Source: a virus
Lineage: Duplodnaviria; Caudoviricetes
Strand: one strand, 5' to 3'
IMG/VR virus record: IMGVR_UViG_3300008262_000013
DNA: 64,000 bases
The notes under the pieces were generated by a model. That model was given only the letters and a program-made list of their open reading frames with translations. It did no database searches and was not told the DNA's origin. Numbering within the stretch: position 1 is the stretch's first letter; every line of letters begins with the position of its first letter. Shown here piece by piece: positions 47,161-57,346 of the stretch. The translations under genes and the position numbers were made by a program.

Positions 47161-49716
47161 ATGAAACAATACTACACCAACGTATCAACATACGGAAGTA
47201 ATATTCTGTTTCGAGGTGTAAAGAACGGTCGGAGAGTTAAGATGAAAATCGAATACGCTCCGACTTTGTTTTTGCCCGTCAATAAAAACACAGAATGGAA
47301 AACGCTCTCTGGAGATAATCTCGAACCTAAAAAGTTTGAGAATATGCGTTCAGCTCGAGATTTCGCCAAAAAATATGAAGATGTACAAAACTTTAAAATA
47401 TTTGGTAACTCTAGTTTTGAATATGCCTTCATTGCTGAAACACAACCAGGAATGATTGACTGGAATATCGATGAACTCAAAATAAGTATTATCGATATTG
47501 AGGTCGGATCAGAAAATGGTTTTCCAGATCCATATAAAGCTACTGAACCAATTACTGCTATCGCTATTCGTAGTTTGAATGGTGACATGGTTGTTTATGG
47601 TTGCGGTGAGTATGATAAAGAAAAAGATGAAACAAATAAAGGTAAAAATGTAACTTACATTAAATGCCGTGATGAATATACATTGTGTAAAACATTTCTA
47701 ACTGATTGGGAAAAAGATTCTCCCGATGTTGTCTCCGGTTGGAACATTAAGTTCTTTGATATTCCTTATTTGGTGAATCGTTTCAATCGTATTCTAGGTG
47801 AAGATAATACTCGAAAACTCTCACCTTGGAATAATGTTTATGCTCGTGAGAAAGTTATTCGTGGTAAAAATGTGACCTCTTACGATCTAACAGGTATAGC
47901 TGTACTCGACTACATTGAACTATACAAGTGGTATGCGCCTGGTGGAAAATCACAAGAATCATATCGCCTTGATAATATTGCTCACGTAGAACTTGGTAAG
48001 AAGAAGATTGATTATTCGGAGTATGATAATCTTCACCAACTTTATCGTTTAAACTTCCAAAAGTTTATTGAGTATAACATTGTTGACGTTGAACTTGTCA
48101 TTGAACTTGAAAACAAATTGAAATTGATTGAACTTGGTTTGACTTTGGCATATGACACAAAAACAAACTATGAAGATATCTTTGCACAAACAAGAATGTG
48201 GGATTCTCTAATCTATTCTTACTTGTTTGAGAAAAATATTATTGTACCACCAAAAATTATAAAAAATAAAACTGAAGCTTTTGAAGGTGCATATGTAAAA
48301 GAACCACAAGTTGGCGCACATGATTGGGTCGCATCATTCGATTTGAATTCTCTGTATCCGCATTTGATGATGCAGTATAACATTTCACCTGAAACATTGA
48401 TTGATCCTGAAGAATACACAGATGAAATGCGTGGTGTTTTAGGACAAGTTGTGACAGTTGATCGTTTAATTAATGGTGACATAGATACTAGTAAATTGAG
48501 CGATGTTACTTTAACTCCTAACGGACAATTTTTTAGAACTGACATACAAGGTTTTCTTCCTAAGATGTTGGAAGAAATGTATGAAGATCGAAAGAAATTT
48601 AAAAAGTTGATGTTGAAATCAAAACAAGATTATGAAAATGAAACTGATGAATCTAAGAAACGTGAAATTAAAAACCTTGTTGCTAGATACGATAATCTAC
48701 AGTTAGCTAAAAAGGTATCACTCAATAGTGCTTATGGTGCTTTGGGTTCTCAATATTTTCGGTTTTATGATTTGCGTATGGCCTTGGGTGTCACCACGGC
48801 TGGTCAACTAAGTATTCGTTGGATTGAAAAAGCATTAAATGGTTACTTGAATAAATTATTAAAAACGAACAATGAAGATTACGTTATCGCCTCAGATACA
48901 GATTCGATTTATCTCCGCCTTGGTGAGCTTGTTAATACGGTGTATAAAGATAAATCGGATCCTAATGCAATCATCTCCTTCATGGATAAAGTCTGCGAAC
49001 AGAAAATACAACCTTTTATTGATAAGAGCTATCAAGACCTTGCTGCGTATGTTCATGCGTACTCCCAAAAAATGCAAATGAAACGTGAAGGACTTTCTGA
49101 CAAAGGAATCTGGACCGCAAAGAAACGATACATTCTGAATGTGTACAACAACGAAGGTGTTCAATATAAAGAACCACAAATCAAAGTGATGGGTCTTGAG
49201 ATGGTCAAATCATCTACGCCTGCTGCGATTCGTGAGAAGATGAAAGAAGTTATTCAGTTGATGATGAAGGGAACAGAAACAGATGTTCAGGAGTTTATTT
49301 TAAACTTCAGAGAACAATTCAAAAAGTTACCACCTGAAGATATTTCTTTTCCTAGAGGTTTGAATGGCTTGACTGAATACTCCGATTCTGTTATGATGTA
49401 TAAGAAAGGTACACCTATTCATGTTCGTGGTGCAATTCTTTACAATCACTATCTGAAACAATATGATTTGGTTAAAAAGTATCCTTTGATACAAGAAGGT
49501 GAGAAACTCAAATTTACCTATCTAAAAGTGCCAAATCATTTTAAAGAAGATGTGATTTCTTATCCTGGTAGATTACCAAAAGAATTTAATTTGGATGACT
49601 ATATTGATTATGAAACACAGTTTAATAAAGCGTTTGTCGAACCCGTCAAAGTTATTTTAGATTGTTTGAGTTGGCAAGTCGAAAAACAAAATTCTATAGA
49701 AAGTTTCTTTGGATAA
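47161..49716 (+). CDS. gp43: Family B DNA polymerase gp43
   Basis: Exo 'DIEV', 'SFDLNSLYP', 'KVSLNSAYG', 'SDTDS'. Confidence 0.98.
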   Translation: MKQYYTNVSTYGSNILFRGVKNGRRVKMKIEYAPTLFLPVNKNTEWKTLSGDNLEPKKFENMRSARDFAKKYEDVQNFKIFGNSSFEYAFIAETQPGMIDWNIDELKISIIDIEVGSENGFPDPYKATEPITAIAIRSLNGDMVVYGCGEYDKEKDETNKGKNVTYIKCRDEYTLCKTFLTDWEKDSPDVVSGWNIKFFDIPYLVNRFNRILGEDNTRKLSPWNNVYAREKVIRGKNVTSYDLTGIAVLDYIELYKWYAPGGKSQESYRLDNIAHVELGKKKIDYSEYDNLHQLYRLNFQKFIEYNIVDVELVIELENKLKLIELGLTLAYDTKTNYEDIFAQTRMWDSLIYSYLFEKNIIVPPKIIKNKTEAFEGAYVKEPQVGAHDWVASFDLNSLYPHLMMQYNISPETLIDPEEYTDEMRGVLGQVVTVDRLINGDIDTSKLSDVTLTPNGQFFRTDIQGFLPKMLEEMYEDRKKFKKLMLKSKQDYENETDESKKREIKNLVARYDNLQLAKKVSLNSAYGALGSQYFRFYDLRMALGVTTAGQLSIRWIEKALNGYLNKLLKTNNEDYVIASDTDSIYLRLGELVNTVYKDKSDPNAIISFMDKVCEQKIQPFIDKSYQDLAAYVHAYSQKMQMKREGLSDKGIWTAKKRYILNVYNNEGVQYKEPQIKVMGLEMVKSSTPAAIREKMKEVIQLMMKGTETDVQEFILNFREQFKKLPPEDISFPRGLNGLTEYSDSVMMYKKGTPIHVRGAILYNHYLKQYDLVKKYPLIQEGEKLKFTYLKVPNHFKEDVISYPGRLPKEFNLDDYIDYETQFNKAFVEPVKVILDCLSWQVEKQNSIESFFG

Positions 49717-50534
49717 TGTTACAAGTAATTTTTCCATTTCTAACAGCAATAGCCTTATCTGGTGTTGCTGCCTATTATTCTGTAATAGGATTGGCTCAAA
49801 TATTTCCAGGTTCGTTTTGGCCTATCGTCATCATGGGGTCAACTTTAGAATTGGCAAAATTAGTAACTGTTTCTTGGTTGTATAATAACTGGAACGAAAC
49901 TATACGTTTAATGCGTTATTATTTTTTTGTTGCAGTTTTATTGTTGATGTTGATCACCTCGATGGGCATTTTTGGTTACCTATCGAAGGCACATTTGGAA
50001 ACGAATGTTGTTTTAGGTGCGAATACAGTTCAACTGAAAACATTACAACAACAAGAAAACATTGTTAAAGAACGGCTTGATTACTTACTTAAAAGAGCTG
50101 GTGATCCTGCAACAGCATCAAGAAAAATTGATAAACAAATACAGGAAGCTCAACAAGAATTAAAAGAAATCAACGAAAAGAAATTGCCTTTACTTTCAGA
50201 AGAAAATAAGTTAGCGGCAGAAATTGGTCCCATCAAGTATATTGCCGAGGCTTTATACACAAAAGATGATCCAAATTTCATAGATAAAGCTGTACGTGCA
50301 GTTATAATGATCATTATTGTTGTTTTTGATCCTCTTGCAATTCTTCTTTTGGTAGCTTCAAATCAAACGTATAGAAAATTAAAAGAGAATAAAGAAACTC
50401 CTACTGAAAGCAAAAAGGCAATTAAAAAGAAAAAGATTGACAATTCGACAGCACCTAGTGTAGAATTGTTTACTAAAGATGATAATGAAGTAATACCTAA
50501 ATCAAAGATTGTTAATATTGGAGAAATGCCATGA
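49716..50534 (+). CDS. Membrane protein with a central coiled coil
   Basis: Three N-terminal TM segments, coiled coil, C-terminal TM 'IIIVVFDPLAILLL'. ATG overlaps the gp43 stop. Confidence 0.65.
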   Translation: MLQVIFPFLTAIALSGVAAYYSVIGLAQIFPGSFWPIVIMGSTLELAKLVTVSWLYNNWNETIRLMRYYFFVAVLLLMLITSMGIFGYLSKAHLETNVVLGANTVQLKTLQQQENIVKERLDYLLKRAGDPATASRKIDKQIQEAQQELKEINEKKLPLLSEENKLAAEIGPIKYIAEALYTKDDPNFIDKAVRAVIMIIIVVFDPLAILLLVASNQTYRKLKENKETPTESKKAIKKKKIDNSTAPSVELFTKDDNEVIPKSKIVNIGEMP

Positions 50535-51595
50535 GTTTATTGGAAAAATTGAAGAAAAGTTCAACGATAAAAGAGACTTCCATTCTTGCGAAGTCTGAGT
50601 TTTTTACAGAAAAAGATATGATTCGCACTGAAGTGCCAATGATTAATGTGGCACTTTCGGGTTCACTTGATGGTGGACTAACACCAGGTCTTACGATGTT
50701 TGCTGGACCATCGAAACACTTTAAGACAGCATTTGCATTATTAATGGCATCAGCTTATATGAAAAAATATGAAGATGCTGTTGTACTTTTTTACGACTCT
50801 GAATTCGGTACACCACAAAAATATTTTGAAACCTTCAACATTGACACAGACAGAGTTCTACACACACCTATCACTGACGTTGAAGAATTGAAACATGATA
50901 TTATGAATCAATTGCAAAGTATTACTAAGGGTGATAGAGTCATTATTATTCTTGACTCTATCGGCAACTTGGCATCTAAAAAAGAAATTGAAGATTCTTT
51001 AGAAGGCAAATCTGTTGCTGATATGACTAGAGCTAAACAAATGAAATCTTTGTTTAGAATGATAACACCACATTTAACAATCAAAGATATCCCTATGGTT
51101 GTTGTCAATCATACATACAAAGAAATTGGTATGTTCCCGAAAGACATTGTTGGTGGTGGTACAGGTTCTTACTACTCAGCCGATACAATTTGGATTCTTG
51201 GTCGCCAGCAAGAAAAAACCGGAACAGAAATTACTGGATATAACTTTATCATCAACATTGAAAAGTCCAGATATGTTCGTGAAAAATCTAAGATTCCAAT
51301 TACTGTTTCTTTCGATGGTGGTATTCAAAAATATTCTGGTCTACTTGACATTGCACTTGAAGGAAATTTTGTTGCTAAACCTTCAAATGGTTGGTATGCA
51401 AAAGTTGACCGAGAAACTGGTGAAATAATGGACAAAGTTCGATTTGCAGATACACAGACAAGAGAATTTTGGTCTGATATTCTTACGAATGAATCCTTTA
51501 AAGAATATGTGAGAAAGAGATATGAAATCACTTATAGCAGCATTTTGGGAGATGATAACGAATCTCCTGAATTCCAATCAGACGAAGCGGCCTGA
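50531..51595 (+). CDS. uvsX: RecA-like recombinase UvsX
   Basis: 'AGPSKHFKT', 'FYDSEFG', 'LDSIGNLAS', 'VNHTY', 'KSRYVREK'. Confidence 0.95.
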   Translation: MSLLEKLKKSSTIKETSILAKSEFFTEKDMIRTEVPMINVALSGSLDGGLTPGLTMFAGPSKHFKTAFALLMASAYMKKYEDAVVLFYDSEFGTPQKYFETFNIDTDRVLHTPITDVEELKHDIMNQLQSITKGDRVIIILDSIGNLASKKEIEDSLEGKSVADMTRAKQMKSLFRMITPHLTIKDIPMVVVNHTYKEIGMFPKDIVGGGTGSYYSADTIWILGRQQEKTGTEITGYNFIINIEKSRYVREKSKIPITVSFDGGIQKYSGLLDIALEGNFVAKPSNGWYAKVDRETGEIMDKVRFADTQTREFWSDILTNESFKEYVRKRYEITYSSILGDDNESPEFQSDEAA

Positions 51596-51887
51596 GTACT
51601 CGGTAGATTACCGAGATGAAAACACCTATTTTACCATACTCAGTGGTAAATATCAAAATGTAACTGTCACCTACTCGCAAACCCAATTCTTTGAAGATGA
51701 GGGTTTTGCGAGGTTAAAATTCAATTACCATGTGATTGAATTCGCAAATTTTACCGAAGAACACTTGACAGACAATCAAGAATTTGTTATAATAATAGGT
51801 GATATACTCCAAGACTATCTTTTAATTGAGGCAAAAAAACTTGAAACAACTAGAAAACGTCATTCTGAAGAACTTGATTTTCAATGA
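51522..51887 (+). CDS. Hypothetical protein at the T4 gp40 position
   Basis: Synteny uvsX-X-gp41 only; overlaps both neighbours. Confidence 0.4.
   Translation: MKSLIAAFWEMITNLLNSNQTKRPEYSVDYRDENTYFTILSGKYQNVTVTYSQTQFFEDEGFARLKFNYHVIEFANFTEEHLTDNQEFVIIIGDILQDYLLIEAKKLETTRKRHSEELDFQ
51765..51793 (+). promoter_or_regulatory. sigma70-type promoter for gp41
   Basis: TTGACA-17-TATAAT with extended TG. Confidence 0.75.
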
Positions 51888-53247
51888 GGACTATACAAGA
51901 AAAGTATTGCCGTTCATTAAAGATGAATATTTCTCCGAAAATAATCAACGCAAATTTTTCAGAGAAATAAAAACGTATGTTGAAGAATACAAAAATCTTC
52001 CAACATATGAATCTCTTTTAATTGATTTTACCGAATCAAAAAAACTCACACAAGTTGAAGTGAATGGTTGTGTTGATTTGCTTCGTGAGTTGAATAGTGA
52101 TAAGAATGAAAAGTCGGAAATGGATTGGTTGATTGATCAGACTGAAAAGTTTTGTCAAGATAAAGCCATCTATAATGCAATCATGAACTCTGTTTCTATT
52201 CTTGATAAAAATGGTGAAGATAACAAATCAAAAGGTGAGATACCAAAACTTCTAAGTGATGCATTGGCAGTTTCTTTTGATAATCATATTGGTCACGATT
52301 ATGTAAATGATTCTGATGCTCGATTTGATTTCTATCATAAACAAGAGACAAAGTTACCATTTGATCTAGACCTGTTCAACAAGATCACTAAAGGTGGTCT
52401 TCCAATCAAAACTCTTAACATTGCACTTGCTGGTACTGGTGTTGGTAAATCTTTGTTTATGTGTCACGTTGCGGCTTCTTGTTTATCTCAAGGTAAAAAT
52501 GTATTGTACATTACACTTGAAATGGCTGAAGAAAAGATTGCTGAACGTATTGATGCGAATCTTTTGAATGTCAGTATGGATGAACTAAAGACAATGACGA
52601 AGGATGATTATGAAAGAAAGTTTAATCATCTAAAAACCAAACTCAATGGTAAATTAATTATCAAAGAATATCCAACGGCAGCTGCATCATCGTTGCACTT
52701 CAGAGCCTTGTTGAATGAACTTCATTTGAAAAAGAGTTTTAAACCAGATATTGTCTTTATTGATTATCTGAATATTTGTGCATCATCCAGAATTAAACCT
52801 GGTGCAAATGTAAACAGTTATTCTTATATCAAAGCGATTGCTGAAGAACTAAGAGGTCTTGCTGTTGAGTTTGCTGTGCCAATTGTTTCTGCGACACAAA
52901 CAACTCGTTCTGGTTTTACAAACACCGATCCTGGTCTTGAAGATACTTCAGAGTCTTTTGGTCTGCCTGCTACTGCTGACTTTATGTTTGCACTTATCAG
53001 TACAGAAGAACTAGAACAATTAAATCAAATTATGGTGAAGCAATTGAAGAATCGTTATGGTGATCCGAATTCATTTAAACGATTTGTTATTGGTATTGAT
53101 AGATCGAAAATGAAATTGTATGATGCTGAACCTGATGCACAAAGTGGTCTTGCTGATTCCGGACAACCTGATGATAGTCCTCCATTAAACACATTTGGTA
53201 ATCGTGAAAGTAAATTTAATAAAAATTTCGGTGGTTTAAAAGTATGA
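51841..53247 (+). CDS. gp41: Replicative helicase gp41
   Basis: 'AGTGVGKS', 'YITLEMAEE', 'IIKEYPT', 'IDYL', 'SATQT', 'KQLKNRY'. TTG 51841 has SD GAGG. Confidence 0.96.
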   Translation: MKQLENVILKNLIFNEDYTRKVLPFIKDEYFSENNQRKFFREIKTYVEEYKNLPTYESLLIDFTESKKLTQVEVNGCVDLLRELNSDKNEKSEMDWLIDQTEKFCQDKAIYNAIMNSVSILDKNGEDNKSKGEIPKLLSDALAVSFDNHIGHDYVNDSDARFDFYHKQETKLPFDLDLFNKITKGGLPIKTLNIALAGTGVGKSLFMCHVAASCLSQGKNVLYITLEMAEEKIAERIDANLLNVSMDELKTMTKDDYERKFNHLKTKLNGKLIIKEYPTAAASSLHFRALLNELHLKKSFKPDIVFIDYLNICASSRIKPGANVNSYSYIKAIAEELRGLAVEFAVPIVSATQTTRSGFTNTDPGLEDTSESFGLPATADFMFALISTEELEQLNQIMVKQLKNRYGDPNSFKRFVIGIDRSKMKLYDAEPDAQSGLADSGQPDDSPPLNTFGNRESKFNKNFGGLKV

Positions 53248-53606
53248 AAATAATGTCGCTCGACCAAATACTTTTTGCTTGTTCAACAACTATCGTTCTA
53301 GTTGCAATAGTTTATCATCATGCAGGATTTAAAAATATAAAAGACTGTTATAGAATGTGGCTTACGAAAGAATATTGGACAAACTACAATATTGTAGAAT
53401 TCGCCAGTTGGTTTACAAAAGCAATCATTATTATTCCAGGACTCATATTTGGCATTCAAATATGGTGGCTTTATTTTTTCACATTACTTACAAGTTTAAC
53501 TTTGATTTGGGCTAGCAACAAAAAATTACTACCAACATTAGTTGCCTTTAATACCATGTGGTCTTGGTTAAGTTTGATGGTATTGTCACAACATTTGATA
53601 AATTAA
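53244..53606 (+). CDS. Small membrane protein
   Basis: One N-terminal and three C-terminal hydrophobic helices. Confidence 0.6.
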   Translation: MKIMSLDQILFACSTTIVLVAIVYHHAGFKNIKDCYRMWLTKEYWTNYNIVEFASWFTKAIIIIPGLIFGIQIWWLYFFTLLTSLTLIWASNKKLLPTLVAFNTMWSWLSLMVLSQHLIN

Positions 53607-53608
53607 AA

Positions 53609-54724
53609 ATGAATCTAACTAAAGAACAAGCTGTTTATTGTGCGAGTGTTTTCTCGGACTACTTTGATCGGTTTTCCAGAATTGATGAGTACATGCGAGA
53701 ACAGAAATTAAATTCAATGGCCGAAAGGCCATTTGTTTTGCCTGGTATGGGACCTGAAGAAGATTTGTTTACAGACTTCAATATGTCTCCTGCTGATATG
53801 GAATTCGAAGTGATGGAATTGCCACAAGAAAGGTGGGACATTTATTTGAATATGATTTCTTCTCATTCAAATATGACTAGTATACCTGGCCGTTGTTTGA
53901 GACTTGCTGTGTTGGAAAAGAAAACAAATAAGTGGGTTGGTTTCATTCGCCTTGGTTCACCAGTGATTAACTGTAAACCGAGAAATGAAATGTTGGGTCA
54001 AGTGTTCACACAAATTGATGGTGGCGCACAGATGTTTAATCGTTGTGCTATTATGGGTTTTGTAATTGTGCCAGCACAGCCATTTGGTTATAATTATCTT
54101 GGTGGTAAGTTGATGGCTGCGATATGTACAACACATGAAGTTCGTGAAATGTTGGACAAGAAATATAATATGACAACTTGTTTATTTGAAACAACAAGTT
54201 TGTATGGCTCTACAAAAGCAGTCTCTCAATATGATGGTATGAAACCACTCATTCGTCATAAAGGTTTAACAGATAGTGATTTTCTTCCGATGTTACATGG
54301 TGAGACATATACTAACCTGAAAGAGTATATCGAAAATATTATTGGTGAACCACTGGCACCAGAAGGTGCATCAAGTCGAAAGTTGAAAATATCAAACGCC
54401 ATGGTATCACTCATTAACGTTTCTCTAAGAGGAACACCAGAAGGTGATAAGTTTAAACGAACGATTGAAAATGCAAAGAATCTGAATGAACAGAAACGAT
54501 ATTATGTTTCAGATTATGGCTTCAGTAATATGGTTGATTATGTTAATGGAAAAACAACTAAACTGGTTGCTGGTGAAAACTATGAGAAGTTTCATCTGGA
54601 GAATGTAATTGAGTGGTGGAGAAAGAAAGCTGTTAATCGTTATGAAACACTAAAGACAGAAAACAGACTCAGAACTGAAATAGAGGTCTGGACAGGCGAA
54701 AAAGAGATTGACATCATTCGGTAA
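53609..54724 (+). CDS. DUF4338/DruA-like protein, copy 2
   Basis: 'PGRCLRLAVLE...WVGFIRLGSP', 'PAQPFGYNYLGGKLMA', 'ETTSLYG...SQYDG...GLT'. Confidence 0.6.
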   Translation: MNLTKEQAVYCASVFSDYFDRFSRIDEYMREQKLNSMAERPFVLPGMGPEEDLFTDFNMSPADMEFEVMELPQERWDIYLNMISSHSNMTSIPGRCLRLAVLEKKTNKWVGFIRLGSPVINCKPRNEMLGQVFTQIDGGAQMFNRCAIMGFVIVPAQPFGYNYLGGKLMAAICTTHEVREMLDKKYNMTTCLFETTSLYGSTKAVSQYDGMKPLIRHKGLTDSDFLPMLHGETYTNLKEYIENIIGEPLAPEGASSRKLKISNAMVSLINVSLRGTPEGDKFKRTIENAKNLNEQKRYYVSDYGFSNMVDYVNGKTTKLVAGENYEKFHLENVIEWWRKKAVNRYETLKTENRLRTEIEVWTGEKEIDIIR

Positions 54725-54741
54725 CCGTGTTAGGATAAATA
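54708..54741 (+). promoter_or_regulatory. Overlapping sigma70 (TTGACA-17-TAGGAT) and late-type (GATAAATA) promoters
   Basis: Both motifs are visible upstream of 54767. Confidence 0.5.
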
Positions 54742-54766
54742 CTCCTAAAACTACTAGGAGTATTAG

Positions 54767-55831
54767 ATGGCTGATGGAATTTCAGGTGCAGGTGCAGAGA
54801 TTACAGCTCTCGCGGAGAGTTTACAAGCTTATGCATGTGCTACGAGACAATTCATTGGTAAACCACTAACCGATGTTACAGAAATAACTAATAAAACAAT
54901 TGGTGATGCTGAGTGTGATAGACCATTGGATAAATGTTTAAAAGGTTTAAATGCAAATTGGTATCACAGTGTCATAACTACAGCCAATGAAATTTTTAAA
55001 GATGTCAAACCTCAAGGTAAATATATGTTTTACCGTGGTGGAAAATTAGTCGGCGACATTTATAAAGAGTTCGGAAAATTTAGAAAAGAAAGTGGTTTAT
55101 CTGGAGATGATAAATGGAATCCTGCTGACATTTGGATGGCAAAAAAAGGATTTAAATTTGAAAAAGACTGGTCAACACTTAGAGACTATAATCGATATAT
55201 CTATGATGAATTTGCACATAAGAATCTAATTGGAATTTCTTTGAAGTTGGTACCAAAAGGTGATGCACATTCTAAAATATTTAATGATGGTAAACCTCTC
55301 ATCGCAGAATGGAATGGGTACAAAATTAGTGATGATATGTTTAGTTCAAAAGACATATATCTGAAATATAAATCAGAAGGTAAAGAAGGTGAAATACAAC
55401 TTAGAAATTTCTCAAGTCGTCCGGTTACAAGTTCTTGGCAAGGAGAAATTAAAGGTAAAACAGCAGCAGGTGGAAAAATTGGTGGTGGCATTGTAATGAC
55501 TGCTGCATTAGAATCTGGGATACCAAGAACTAAACTAATGATACCTTCGTCTTTCGGTACTCATATTGAAAAACCTAATGATAAGATTCTAAAAGAATTT
55601 GCTACAATGTTTAAAGAATTAAGTAAAAGTAAAAAATCAGTAAAAGATTTAATGACTGAAGCTATGATTTGTCAAAAGAAAGATAAGACTTGGTGGATGT
55701 CAAAATTTTTAGGCATACATTATGTTTATACCATTATAAACGAAAAAAAAGAAAATGAAGTTGTTAAATGGTTGTTTGAATATGGATCATCAGCAACTAA
55801 GAACAGTAGTATTTTTATAAAGTATAGCTAA
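54767..55831 (+). CDS. PD-(D/E)xK-like nuclease-fold protein
   Basis: 'AESLQA' helix Glu, 'DKWNPADIW', 'LIGISLK'. Confidence 0.5.
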   Translation: MADGISGAGAEITALAESLQAYACATRQFIGKPLTDVTEITNKTIGDAECDRPLDKCLKGLNANWYHSVITTANEIFKDVKPQGKYMFYRGGKLVGDIYKEFGKFRKESGLSGDDKWNPADIWMAKKGFKFEKDWSTLRDYNRYIYDEFAHKNLIGISLKLVPKGDAHSKIFNDGKPLIAEWNGYKISDDMFSSKDIYLKYKSEGKEGEIQLRNFSSRPVTSSWQGEIKGKTAAGGKIGGGIVMTAALESGIPRTKLMIPSSFGTHIEKPNDKILKEFATMFKELSKSKKSVKDLMTEAMICQKKDKTWWMSKFLGIHYVYTIINEKKENEVVKWLFEYGSSATKNSSIFIKYS

Positions 55832-57063
55832 TGAAATTCTCAGAATATTTAACCGAATCTAAGAAAGAAGGAGCTAACCTTCACTTAGAACATTTAGAAG
55901 ATAATGTATTAAACAGAGGCATAAAAGGTGCAAGAGAGTCAATTGATTTTCTCCGTGCATTGCGTGATATGTTAGCAGGTCATTCTCAATCCAAAGTGAA
56001 TGTTACTACAAAATGGGATGGTGCTCCTGCTGTAATTTGTGGTACTAATCCAGAAAATGGAAAGTTTTTCGTCGGCACAAAATCAGTTTTTAATAAAGAA
56101 GGTAAATTAAATTATACTGATGATGATATTGATAAGAATCATCCTGGTGGAGGACTAAATGAAAAATTAAAAACAGCACTTGCTTTTCTTTCAAAGTTAG
56201 AAATTAAAGGTATATTACAAGGTGACATGTTATTCACTAAAGGTGATATACAAAAACAAAGTATAGACGGCGAATCATATATTACATTTCAGCCTAATAC
56301 AATTGTTTATGCTGTGCCTACTGATTCTGTTATGGCTTCAAAAATGATGGCAGCTCAAATGGGTATCGTGTTTCATACATCGTATTCTGGTAGAACCATG
56401 GATACATTGAAGGCCTCTTTTAATATTGATATTGGTAATTTAAAACAAACTAAAGATGTTTGGTTTAGAGATGCTTCATTTGTTGATGCCTCTGGTACTG
56501 CAACATTTACTGAAACAGAAACTAAGTTAATTACGAATGTTCTATCTCAAGCAGGCAGAGTATTTCAAACAATCAATCCTCTAGTTCTAAATAGAATATC
56601 TTCTTCAGATATTTTAAATACACAAATTAAAACATTTAATAATACGAAAGTCAGAGCAGGTCAAAAAATAACTAACACTCGAACACATGTTACAGAATTG
56701 ATTCGTTGGGTAGAAGATAGGTTGAATAAAGAAATTCTTGCTGCAAAGAAAGAAGATACGAGGAAAAAAAGAATCGCAGAAAAATCTGAACTGATTAGAT
56801 TTTACAGAAGTAGTGCATCTCAACTTGCGGCAATTTTTGACTTAATGAACTTAATTGTAGACGCCAAGATAATGATAGTCAGAAAATTAGAATCTATAAA
56901 ATCTTCAGTAAGTACTTTTGTAAATACTGAAGATGGTTTCAAAGTTACTGGTCCAGAAGGTTTTGTTGCAGTAGATAGATTAAGTGGTGGTGCATTGAAA
57001 CTTATCGATAGAATGGAATTTTCGCAACAAAACTTTAATGCCGCAAAGAATTGGAGTAAATAA
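55831..57063 (+). CDS. Protein with ATP-dependent ligase/nucleotidyltransferase motifs (DUF6267-like)
   Basis: 'TKWDG' (I), 'LQGDML' (III), 'IVFH' (IIIa), 'EGFVA' (IV), 'LKLID' (V). Confidence 0.55.
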   Translation: MKFSEYLTESKKEGANLHLEHLEDNVLNRGIKGARESIDFLRALRDMLAGHSQSKVNVTTKWDGAPAVICGTNPENGKFFVGTKSVFNKEGKLNYTDDDIDKNHPGGGLNEKLKTALAFLSKLEIKGILQGDMLFTKGDIQKQSIDGESYITFQPNTIVYAVPTDSVMASKMMAAQMGIVFHTSYSGRTMDTLKASFNIDIGNLKQTKDVWFRDASFVDASGTATFTETETKLITNVLSQAGRVFQTINPLVLNRISSSDILNTQIKTFNNTKVRAGQKITNTRTHVTELIRWVEDRLNKEILAAKKEDTRKKRIAEKSELIRFYRSSASQLAAIFDLMNLIVDAKIMIVRKLESIKSSVSTFVNTEDGFKVTGPEGFVAVDRLSGGALKLIDRMEFSQQNFNAAKNWSK

Positions 57064-57335
57064 TGGCTTATGATTTAAATAAAATACTGCAAGAGTATGG
57101 TGATGATGACTTTGGTTTTTCTGCCGTATCTGAAGAAGAATATAATGCGGTCATAAATGAGAAGGCTGATACTGCCGAAGAATTTCAAGCAAGACTTCAA
57201 CAGGTAGAAAAATTAGTATTACCTTTTTTCACTAAGTTGTTACAGACCGCGGATAAAGAATACATATATTGGCCAAATAGAAAAAAATTGGTCGAAGATC
57301 AAATACAAAAGATTTTAAAACTAACAAGAGGATAA
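57063..57335 (+). CDS. Hypothetical protein
   Basis: Coupled ORF with 'DDDFGFS' and 'YIYWPNR'. Confidence 0.6.
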   Translation: MAYDLNKILQEYGDDDFGFSAVSEEEYNAVINEKADTAEEFQARLQQVEKLVLPFFTKLLQTADKEYIYWPNRKKLVEDQIQKILKLTRG

Positions 57336-57346
57336 AGGAGACTAAC

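Noticed and set aside
13920-53247. Inteins, introns or homing endonucleases in gp17, gp23, gp43, gp41 or uvsW
   Set aside because: These ORFs are continuous and of normal length. No LAGLIDADG, GIY-YIG or HNH motifs were recognised.
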